Origin: an uncultured Candidatus Bathyarchaeia archaeon
Lineage (GTDB): Archaea > Thermoproteota > Bathyarchaeia > Bathyarchaeales > Bathycorpusculaceae
Assembly (NCBI GenBank): GCA_964410435.1
Contig: CAYPGY010000002.1
Location: 1-34,035, forward strand
Direction of reading: 5' to 3'
Length of the DNA: 34,035 nucleotides
Positions 16,508-23,815 of the stretch are shown piece after piece. Both the position numbers and the translations under genes were made by a program. The notes under the pieces are model-generated. The model was not told the origin of the DNA. It made no database searches and saw only the letters and a list, made by a program, of their open reading frames with translations. Positions within the stretch are counted from its first letter, which is position 1. Every line of letters begins with the position of its first letter.

Positions 16508-17275
16508 CTACGGTTTTGTGTGCTGTATCAGTGTTTCCTCTATGTGAACTGTGGCAACTGCATCGATCCCCGAAGTGTTCAGGTGGGTTTCCTGCTTTAG
16601 CTCAGTCTTGATTAGGCGACACGTACTCTGCTCGAGGTATGTGGTGGCGTTAAACTGCAGCGTCATGCCCAACTGATACGGTGTGTCGCTGTTGGGGTTG
16701 ACGGTTAAAACGCTGCTCGTGACTTCTACACGCACCGCTCGATACCTGCCAGCCGGAACGGTTACTTCCTCTACCCCAGCAAAGGATACAATAACTTGTC
16801 CAGTCAATCCGAGGCTTGCATCTTTACAGTCAAGCGGCAGCGTCCAGACTTCGCCGGTTTTCACCGAAATCTCCTCCAAATACGCCGAGAGCATCAGGTT
16901 GTTGGATGCGTTCCAAAAAATCAGTGGCGCACCTGCGGGTAATAGTGTGCTTAAGAGGGGGTTACTGCTCACGTTTGTCGCTGCCCCGTTTAATTTTATG
17001 ATGTAGCCCCGGTCGGTTTGATTCATCACTTCCATTGTGATTGTTGAGTTGAAACTGTTACTGCCGACGGCTTCAGGCTGGTCTGGGGCAGAGATGTTTT
17101 GTGATCGGTTGACTATTACTTCGGTTTTCTCGTACACCATGCATTCGCCCACGGCGTAGCTTAGGAGCAAATCTACGTTTTCGCCCGGCGGGACAAAGAC
17201 TAAGCTGGCTAAAAGCACCGCCGCCACAGCTACCGCCGAGACTGCAGAGTAGAATTTTCGACGACTCCTTTTCAT
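16508..17275 (-). CDS. Hypothetical secreted / membrane-anchored protein
   Basis: Basic N-terminus plus hydrophobic helix (MKRSRRKFYSAVSAVAVAAVLLASLVF), beta-rich body with EVTVPAGRY motif, many N-x-S/T sequons. ATG 17275 preferred over 17335. Confidence 0.75.
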   Translation of the reverse strand: MKRSRRKFYSAVSAVAVAAVLLASLVFVPPGENVDLLLSYAVGECMVYEKTEVIVNRSQNISAPDQPEAVGSNSFNSTITMEVMNQTDRGYIIKLNGAATNVSSNPLLSTLLPAGAPLIFWNASNNLMLSAYLEEISVKTGEVWTLPLDCKDASLGLTGQVIVSFAGVEEVTVPAGRYRAVRVEVTSSVLTVNPNSDTPYQLGMTLQFNATTYLEQSTCRLIKTELKQETHLNTSGIDAVATVHIEETLIQHTKP

Positions 17276-17607
17276 GGGTGACCCGTTTATGGCTGGATTA
17301 GGCATGGTTCCCATCCTGTACATCAGAGGCTTCACCGTTCCGTGTTGTCTGCACTGGATTTAAGTTCTCGCTATAAAACCGACTTAAAATTTTAACGGGA
17401 TTACTCTGGAAAATGTGAAAAAGCATACAGCTAAACAGGCGCAGAGGCACCGATTGGCCGCTGTTAAAGCAACAATTTTAGCCACAGAAAAATGTTAATT
17501 ATCCATATCCCCGTACATTTTTGGGTTTTGCTTTTATAGGAAGCTTTTTAGTATAGTATTTGTATGAGTCTGTGAAAAAGTACAGAGTCTAATAGTGAGG
17601 TTAAATT

Positions 17608-18336
17608 ATGTCCGTATTTGCAGCTCCTGGAGCATATGACCGTGCAATAACTGTATTCTCACCTGATGGACGACTATTCCAAGTCGAATACGCCATGGAA
17701 CTCGTCAACCGCGGAGCCACAATCGTTGGCATCCAAACCTCAGAGGGTTTAGTCCTGGGGTCAGAAGAAAACATAGAGGTCCTAGAAGAAGCAAAGTACA
17801 GCTGGAAAATATTCCGAGTTGACGACCACATCGGAGCAGCCATCGTCGGCTTAAGCTCAGATGCACGCATACTAATAGATCAGGCAAGAATCTACGCGCA
17901 GAGCAACAAACTAACCTACGATGAACCAATCGATATAGAAGTCGTAACAAAACGCATCTGCGACATCCAGCAAATGTACACGCAACACGCAGGTGTACGA
18001 CCATTCGGCGTATCCATTATCTTCGGAGGAGTCGACAAAACTGGTCCACGCCTCTTCGGAACACACCCAAGCGGCACATACCGCGGCTACAAAGCCACAG
18101 CGCTCGGCGCAGGAAGAGACACAGTCATCAACATCCTAAAAGAGGAATACAAAGATGACATGTCCATCGACAACACAATACGCTTAGCAGTAAAATGCCT
18201 CATAAAAGCACTCGAAGCACGCCAGCTACCGCCAAGAATACAGATCGCAATCATTCCAGCCGCAACCAAAAAGATGGAAATGCTAAACGACAACACAGTC
18301 GAAGGATACATCAAAGAGCTGGGTCAAAGCAAGTGA
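17608..18336 (+). CDS. psmA: Proteasome subunit alpha
   Basis: YDRAITVFSPDGRLFQVEYA signature, GVRPFGVS, PSGTY. Confidence 0.98.
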   Translation: MSVFAAPGAYDRAITVFSPDGRLFQVEYAMELVNRGATIVGIQTSEGLVLGSEENIEVLEEAKYSWKIFRVDDHIGAAIVGLSSDARILIDQARIYAQSNKLTYDEPIDIEVVTKRICDIQQMYTQHAGVRPFGVSIIFGGVDKTGPRLFGTHPSGTYRGYKATALGAGRDTVINILKEEYKDDMSIDNTIRLAVKCLIKALEARQLPPRIQIAIIPAATKKMEMLNDNTVEGYIKELGQSK

Positions 18337-18343
18337 CAAAGTG

Positions 18344-19030
18344 ATGAGCGAGAAGTTCACAGTTGCACGCTTAACCAGAGAAAACGAACACTTTGAAATC
18401 CTAGTAAAACCCAACAAAGCACTAGACTACAGAAACGGCAAAATCCCAGGAATCTCTGAGGTTTTAGCCGCAGACATAATTTTTAGCGACGCAAACAAAG
18501 GCACCAAAGTATCCGAAGAAGCAATGAAAAAAGCCTTCAAAACGCTTGACCCGCTAAAAATCGCAGATGAAATCATCAAAAAAGGCACCCTGCAACTAAC
18601 AACCGACCAAAGAAGAAAAATGGTTGAAGATAAAAGAAAACAGGTAATAGACTTCATCTCCCGACAGGCAGTTGACCCAAAAACCAACCTGCCACATCCA
18701 CCCATGCGTATCGAAAACGCTATGGAGCAAATCCGCTACCCAATCGACCCATACAAATCCGTCGAGGAGCAAGCAAAAGCCATAATCAATCTCTTAAGAC
18801 CTATACTGCCGCTCAAAGTTGAGCAGGGAAAAGTCGCAGTTATAATCGCCGCGCAGTACTCATCAAGAGCATACGGCACCATCAAAACCTTAGGCTCCAT
18901 AAAACGAGAGGAATGGCGCGGCGATGGATCATGGTACGGCGAACTTGAACTGCCCGCAGGCGCATACGCCTCGCTACTCAACAAGCTGGGCGACGCAACT
19001 AAAGGAACAGGAGAAGCAAAAATAATCTAA
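18344..19030 (+). CDS. Ribosome maturation factor SBDS/Sdo1
   Basis: HFEILVKP, IFSDANKG, LQLTTDQRR, DPKTNLPHPPMRIENA; canonical position after psmA. Confidence 0.96.
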   Translation: MSEKFTVARLTRENEHFEILVKPNKALDYRNGKIPGISEVLAADIIFSDANKGTKVSEEAMKKAFKTLDPLKIADEIIKKGTLQLTTDQRRKMVEDKRKQVIDFISRQAVDPKTNLPHPPMRIENAMEQIRYPIDPYKSVEEQAKAIINLLRPILPLKVEQGKVAVIIAAQYSSRAYGTIKTLGSIKREEWRGDGSWYGELELPAGAYASLLNKLGDATKGTGEAKII

Positions 19031-19054
19031 GTAACAATAAAAAATGGTGAATTT

Positions 19055-19768
19055 ATGCCAACATTCTTTGAAAAAAAACAGCTCGTGACACCCGGAGAAT
19101 TACTCGCCGAAGGCGACTATTTACCCGGCGAAAACACATACGTTGAAAACGGCAAGATTTACGCCGACAGAATTGGACTCGTAGACAGCGATAACAAGAA
19201 AGTAAACGTTGTCGCATTAAGAGCATTCTACGTACCAAAAACGGGTGACATAATCATCGGAACAGTCACCGAAGTAGGATTCAACGGCTGGACAGTAGAC
19301 ATCAAAGCACCCTACACTGCCATGCTAAGAGCATCAGACGTACTTAGCAGACCCTTCAAACCACAAAACGACGAATTGTCAGCAGTCCTTAACGCCGGCG
19401 ACTTAATCGTAGCCAAAATCGCGTCATACGACCGCGCACACGACCCGCAACTAACAGTCGGCGAACCCGGCTTAGGAAAAATCACACGCGGCCAACTTCT
19501 CAGAGTGACACCAACAAAGATTCCACGCATCATCGGACGCAAAGGCTCCATGATATCCATGATTAAGCAGGAAACAAACTGCCAGATCATCCTCGGATTA
19601 AACGGTGTCATCCTCGTCACAGGCAAGACTCCTGAAGAGGAAGAAGTTGCCATACAGGCTATCCGAAAAATCGAGGAAGAATCCCACACAAGCGGTCTAA
19701 CAGATCGTATAACCCAGTTATTGAAAGAAAAGAAACAACCACCTCAACCGGAGGAAACACAACAATGA
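19055..19768 (+). CDS. rrp4: Exosome RNA-binding subunit Rrp4 (S1+KH)
   Basis: [21 protein letters not shown] motif [23 protein letters not shown]. Confidence 0.97.
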   Translation: MPTFFEKKQLVTPGELLAEGDYLPGENTYVENGKIYADRIGLVDSDNKKVNVVALRAFYVPKTGDIIIGTVTEVGFNGWTVDIKAPYTAMLRASDVLSRPFKPQNDELSAVLNAGDLIVAKIASYDRAHDPQLTVGEPGLGKITRGQLLRVTPTKIPRIIGRKGSMISMIKQETNCQIILGLNGVILVTGKTPEEEEVAIQAIRKIEEESHTSGLTDRITQLLKEKKQPPQPEETQQ

Positions 19769-20511
19769 ACGAAAAATCTGAGAAATTAATCGACAAGAAA
19801 GGCATCCGCGGCGACGGAAGAAAAGCGGATGAACTTCGCCCCCTTAAACTACAAGTTGGCGTACTTCCAAACGCAGATGGATCAGCATACATTGAACACG
19901 GCAAAAACAAAATCTTAGCCGCAGCATACGGCCCAAGAGAAATGCATCCTAAGCACCTTGCACAAGCAGACAGAATGGTTCTAAGAGCAAGGTACCACAT
20001 GGCGCCATTCAGTGTTCAGGAACGCAAATCCCCTGCACCATCCCGTAGAGAAGTAGAATTAAGTAAAGTCATCAAAGAATCCCTCGAACCAGCATTATTC
20101 CTTGAACTCTACCCAAGAACAGGCGTAGACGTCTTCGTCGAAGTACTGCAGGCAGACGGAGGAACAAGATGCGCAAGCATCACTGCAGCAGCACTCGCAA
20201 TCGCAGACGCTGGTGTACCAATGCGTGACTTAGTTGTTGCATGCGCCGCAGGTAAAGTTGAAGACCAAGTAGTGCTCGACCTCTACGATGCCGAGGACAA
20301 ATTGGGCTCAGCAGACGTACCAGTTGCTTACATGCCTAACCTGAATGCTATCACCCTGCTACAGATGGACGGCATCCTATCACCAGCCGAATTCGAGAAA
20401 GCAGTCAGCATGGCTATGGACGGATGCAAAAAAATCTATCAAATGCAGAAGGAAGCACTGAAAACCAAATACATGGTTGTTAAGGAAACTGACAAGGAGA
20501 TCGAAGAATAA
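19765..20511 (+). CDS. rrp41: Exosome exonuclease Rrp41
   Basis: [42 protein letters not shown]; ATGA overlap with rrp4. Confidence 0.97.
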   Translation: MNEKSEKLIDKKGIRGDGRKADELRPLKLQVGVLPNADGSAYIEHGKNKILAAAYGPREMHPKHLAQADRMVLRARYHMAPFSVQERKSPAPSRREVELSKVIKESLEPALFLELYPRTGVDVFVEVLQADGGTRCASITAAALAIADAGVPMRDLVVACAAGKVEDQVVLDLYDAEDKLGSADVPVAYMPNLNAITLLQMDGILSPAEFEKAVSMAMDGCKKIYQMQKEALKTKYMVVKETDKEIEE

Positions 20512-21303
20512 ATGTCATCACTAGTAACCAAAGTTAAAGTAAAACAGATTGAAGCCTTACTCGAGAAAGGCACACGCATAGACGGAAGAAGCTTGCTTGA
20601 TACACGTGAAATCAAAATCGAGCAAGGCATCATCGAGAAAGCCGAAGGCTCCGCACGTGTACTACTGGGGAAAACCGAAGTAGTCGTCGGCGTCAAGGTT
20701 GAAACAGGCGAACCGTTTCCAGATACACCAAAAGAAGGTGTCATGACCGTCAACGCGGAACTTGTACCGCTCGCTTCACCGAATTTTGAGCCGGGACCAC
20801 CCGACGAAAGCAGCATTGAACTCGCACGAGTCGTCGACAGAGGTATCAGAGAATCACACGCTGTTGACACAGAGAAACTCTGTATCGAGGAAGGAAAGAA
20901 AGTCTTCGTCGTATTCGTCGATGTCTACGTGTTGAACCACGACGGTAACCTAATTGACGCTTCAGCAATTGCAGCTATGGCGGCGCTCCTGAACACCAAG
21001 ATGCCAAACTACGAAATTAAAGATGGTGAACTGAAAATCAAGCAAGGCTACACACCGCTACCAATGAAGAGTCACCCGATAACAGTTACAATCGGCAAAA
21101 TCAGCGGCAAACTCGTCGTCGACCCCGGATTAGAAGAAGAGTCAGTTATGGATTCACGCATTACCTTCGCAACAAACGAGGACGGCAACATCTGCGCCAT
21201 CCAGAAGGGTCTATCAGGCTGTTTCACACCACAACAGATTTTAGACGCCTCAAAGATTGCTCTGGACAAAGCAGTCGAATTAAGAAAGAAACTAAACTGG
21301 TGA
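20512..21303 (+). CDS. rrp42: Exosome subunit Rrp42
   Basis: RIDGR, KAEGSA, PFPDTP, FEPGPPDE..IELARVVDRGIRES, HDGNLIDA. Confidence 0.97.
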   Translation: MSSLVTKVKVKQIEALLEKGTRIDGRSLLDTREIKIEQGIIEKAEGSARVLLGKTEVVVGVKVETGEPFPDTPKEGVMTVNAELVPLASPNFEPGPPDESSIELARVVDRGIRESHAVDTEKLCIEEGKKVFVVFVDVYVLNHDGNLIDASAIAAMAALLNTKMPNYEIKDGELKIKQGYTPLPMKSHPITVTIGKISGKLVVDPGLEEESVMDSRITFATNEDGNICAIQKGLSGCFTPQQILDASKIALDKAVELRKKLNW

Positions 21304-21310
21304 ATAAAAG

Positions 21311-21649
21311 TTGCCTAAGACAAAGAAAGTAGGTCCAACTCGAGGTTTAGGTCCTCGATACGGTGCCACAGTAAGAAAACGCTACGTCAAAGTAATCACT
21401 GAACTCAAAAAGCCACACAGATGCCCACAATGCGGATTTGTCCGCGTTAAACGCGTAAGCGTAGGCGTCTGGAGCTGCCAGAAATGTGGGTTCACATTTG
21501 CAGGCGGAGCATACACTCCAAGCACAAAACTGGGCGCCGTTGCTAAACGTGCCGCTAAGGGCGGTATAGCAGCTGAGCAGGCATCAGCACCGATTAGTTC
21601 AGCTGAAGCCGAGGCAATTGAAGAAGAAACCAGTGAAGAATCTGAATAA
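21311..21649 (+). CDS. rpl37ae: Ribosomal protein L37Ae (eL43) with acidic C-terminal extension
   Basis: TKKVG...GPRYGATVRKR, CPQC...GVWSCQKC...FAGGAYTP; TTG start. Confidence 0.97.
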   Translation: MPKTKKVGPTRGLGPRYGATVRKRYVKVITELKKPHRCPQCGFVRVKRVSVGVWSCQKCGFTFAGGAYTPSTKLGAVAKRAAKGGIAAEQASAPISSAEAEAIEEETSEESE

Positions 21650-21654
21650 ACGGT

Positions 21655-21695
21655 TCTTCTTTTCTCTTCTTAATATTTTTAGTTTTTATTTATCT
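21655..21695 (+). terminator. T-rich archaeal terminator-like tract after rpl37ae
   Basis: TCTTCTTTTCTCTTCTTAATATTTTTAGTTTTT directly after the stop codon. Confidence 0.5.
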
Positions 21696-21721
21696 CTGTC
21701 TTATTCTGTTTAGGGTACGCC

Positions 21722-21976
21722 ATGTCCAGTGAAGCAAGAGCTACAATTCATTTGAGTTTTTCAGAGAAGCAGGCGGATACGTTGCTTTCCGCGTTGGAGC
21801 CAGAGGCGAAAGCGCCGCCGACGCATAGAGCCAACGTTAAACTTGAGAAAGACGGTTGCAACCTAACCTTAACCGTAACCGCAGAAGACACAGTGGCACT
21901 GCGGGCAACACTTAACGCGTACCTGCACTGGATAAACTCTACCTTAAACGTAATTGAAGCAATCGAAAAAGCCTGA
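21722..21976 (+). CDS. pcc1: KEOPS complex subunit Pcc1
   Basis: SALEPE...RANV...TAEDTVALRATLNAYLHWI; usual location in the exosome superoperon. Confidence 0.9.
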   Translation: MSSEARATIHLSFSEKQADTLLSALEPEAKAPPTHRANVKLEKDGCNLTLTVTAEDTVALRATLNAYLHWINSTLNVIEAIEKA

Positions 21977-22007
21977 ATTTCATTTTACCGCTTTTATGCG
22001 CTGCAGC

Positions 22008-22117
22008 TACCTCCCTGTCCCCTATAGAAAGCGGCTTTTCTTTTGCTCTTGTGACCTACCCCTCTATCGGTTTCTGCAATGAGTTTCTAATAGAGCACAT
22101 AGGTAAACAGCTATAGA
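22008..22117 (+). repeat. Intergenic repeat family B, copy 2
   Basis: TACCTCCCTGTCCCCTATAG...CCCCTCTATCGGTTTCTGCAATGAGTTTCTAATAGAGCACATAGGTAAACAGCTATAGA, inverted homolog of 16397-16490. Confidence 0.85.
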
Positions 22118-22294
22118 TTCTGTAGTGTATTAAAACAGGAATAAAACGGGTGGTTTACGCCAAGCAACAATAAGCTAAACTTCTGCAAAGAGAACGCTGC
22201 TATCCAGCATAACTACATAGAACCGTTTATTCTACGTGTGCATTTGGCCTCATTTTTCGCGATAAGCCCTAGTTAGTGCTGATTTTTGGGTTCA

Positions 22295-22326
22295 GTCAAG
22301 GTTTCTTGACGAAAAACGCTTTATCC
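22295..22326 (+). promoter_or_regulatory. Palindrome GTCAAG-N4-CTTGAC abutting a BRE/TATA-like element
   Basis: GTCAAGGTTTCTTGAC (22295-22310) followed by GAAAAACGCTTTATCC, about 30 bp upstream of ATG 22358. Confidence 0.5.
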
Positions 22327-22357
22327 ATGCTTAAACTCACGGCTAATTCGATGTAAA

Positions 22358-23590
22358 ATGAAAGATTCCGCCTGTATCGCTCTGATTCTGTGCCTGACGG
22401 TTTCGCTTTCAATCATAGTTACACCCGCCGCAGCAATTCAAGAACCCATCGTAGGTGTGAAAGAAGGCGACTGGATAGAATACAACATAGCCATTTCTGG
22501 CACAGGCACGCCTCCCCCGACACATGACGTGCGCTGGATGCGTCTCCAAGTGCTCTCAGTCGAGGATACAGCGTTCTCAGTTAACGTCACCGCCAGATAC
22601 GCCAACGGAACAGTTGGCAGCGCCGTCTGGCCATTCAACTTTACCGAAGGCAACGTGGGTGGATGGATAATTATTCCCGCAGGGCTAAACGCAGGCGACA
22701 GCTTCTTTGATTTCTCAATACACAACCACAAACCCGCTAACATAACAATCCAGAGCCAAGAACAGAAAGCCGTACTGGGTGCAGTCCGAACCGTAACCTA
22801 CGGTAACGACTCATTTAGGCACAAGCAGTGGGATCAGGCATCAGGTGTCTTCGTTGGCTCCAGCGAGACATACCGCAACGTAACTAACAAAGACGGCTGG
22901 TACATTGACAACTTGACTGTAACTATTGAGGCAACTGCAACCAACATATGGAGCCCCGAAGCTACCGCCGCCACAAGTCAATCACTTTTCTACCCCTTGG
23001 TAACAGCGGTAGTTGCCGCTGCAGTTATTCTGTCCCTGCTGATACTGGCAGCTAGAAGAAAACACGTTACTCTCAGTATCAAACAGAAGCAAATCATCGA
23101 AGTCCTCCTCGTGCTGGGGCTTGTACTCGCTGTCGCCGCAATAACATCCACACCCATCAGCGAAAGCCAAGTACCCCTTAGCTTCCGCGACATCAACATG
23201 ATCATGCAAACGCTGTGGCTGATGTTGCTGTTGGCTGGAATGTGGTTCAGAAGAAAAGGGAACTACTTCCTCCATGGCATCCTAACTATTCTGGTGGTAT
23301 CAATTACCGTAGTTGGTTTCTTGGGGGTTCTAGTGATGTCCCCAATGAGCAACAACTCAATGGATGAATACCTTGATTCACCTGTAGATTTAGCAATTTT
23401 CTTTGGTCACGCCGTGTTTTCGTTTCCAGCGTTAGCTTTTGGGGTATGGGTGGTTCTTCTTTGGCGCCCTAACTCAGCTGCGTTTCCAGCTAAAAGCAGA
23501 AAAATCGCATATCTAATGACCGTTTTCTGGGTGCTTTCATACGTTGTAGGTGTGCTGGATTTTGTTTTACTCCGAAATAATTATTTCTAA
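22358..23590 (+). CDS. Membrane protein: signal peptide, extracellular beta domain, C-terminal multi-TM (DUF420-like) region
   Basis: Signal peptide, VGVKEGDWIEY-type ectodomain with several sequons, then TM helices with INMIMQ...RRKGNYFLHG...FFGHA resembling DUF420. Confidence 0.7.
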   Translation: MKDSACIALILCLTVSLSIIVTPAAAIQEPIVGVKEGDWIEYNIAISGTGTPPPTHDVRWMRLQVLSVEDTAFSVNVTARYANGTVGSAVWPFNFTEGNVGGWIIIPAGLNAGDSFFDFSIHNHKPANITIQSQEQKAVLGAVRTVTYGNDSFRHKQWDQASGVFVGSSETYRNVTNKDGWYIDNLTVTIEATATNIWSPEATAATSQSLFYPLVTAVVAAAVILSLLILAARRKHVTLSIKQKQIIEVLLVLGLVLAVAAITSTPISESQVPLSFRDINMIMQTLWLMLLLAGMWFRRKGNYFLHGILTILVVSITVVGFLGVLVMSPMSNNSMDEYLDSPVDLAIFFGHAVFSFPALAFGVWVVLLWRPNSAAFPAKSRKIAYLMTVFWVLSYVVGVLDFVLLRNNYF

Positions 23591-23734
23591 TCGCTCAATG
23601 AGAGTTGCCGATTAAATATCTCAATCTAAAACTCTCGAGTGTTCCTTTGCTAATGTTTTAATTTTTATCCATTGTTATCGTATTGCTACGTTTTTAGTAT
23701 TGTTTGGATTTTATTTCGCAATATAGGTGTTTTT

Positions 23735-23810
23735 CGGCAAGTTTTAAATATGCATTAGCTCACAAGACTCTGGACTATGCGCACAAGCGCATGTTCACTT
23801 TAGGAGAAAG
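23735..23810 (+). promoter_or_regulatory. BRE-TATA (CAAG-TTTTAAATA) and SD (AGGAG) of the PQQ-propeller gene
   Basis: TTTTAAATA at 23742-23750; AGGAG at 23802-23806, 9 nt before TTG 23816. Confidence 0.6.
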
Positions 23811-23815
23811 AAAAA

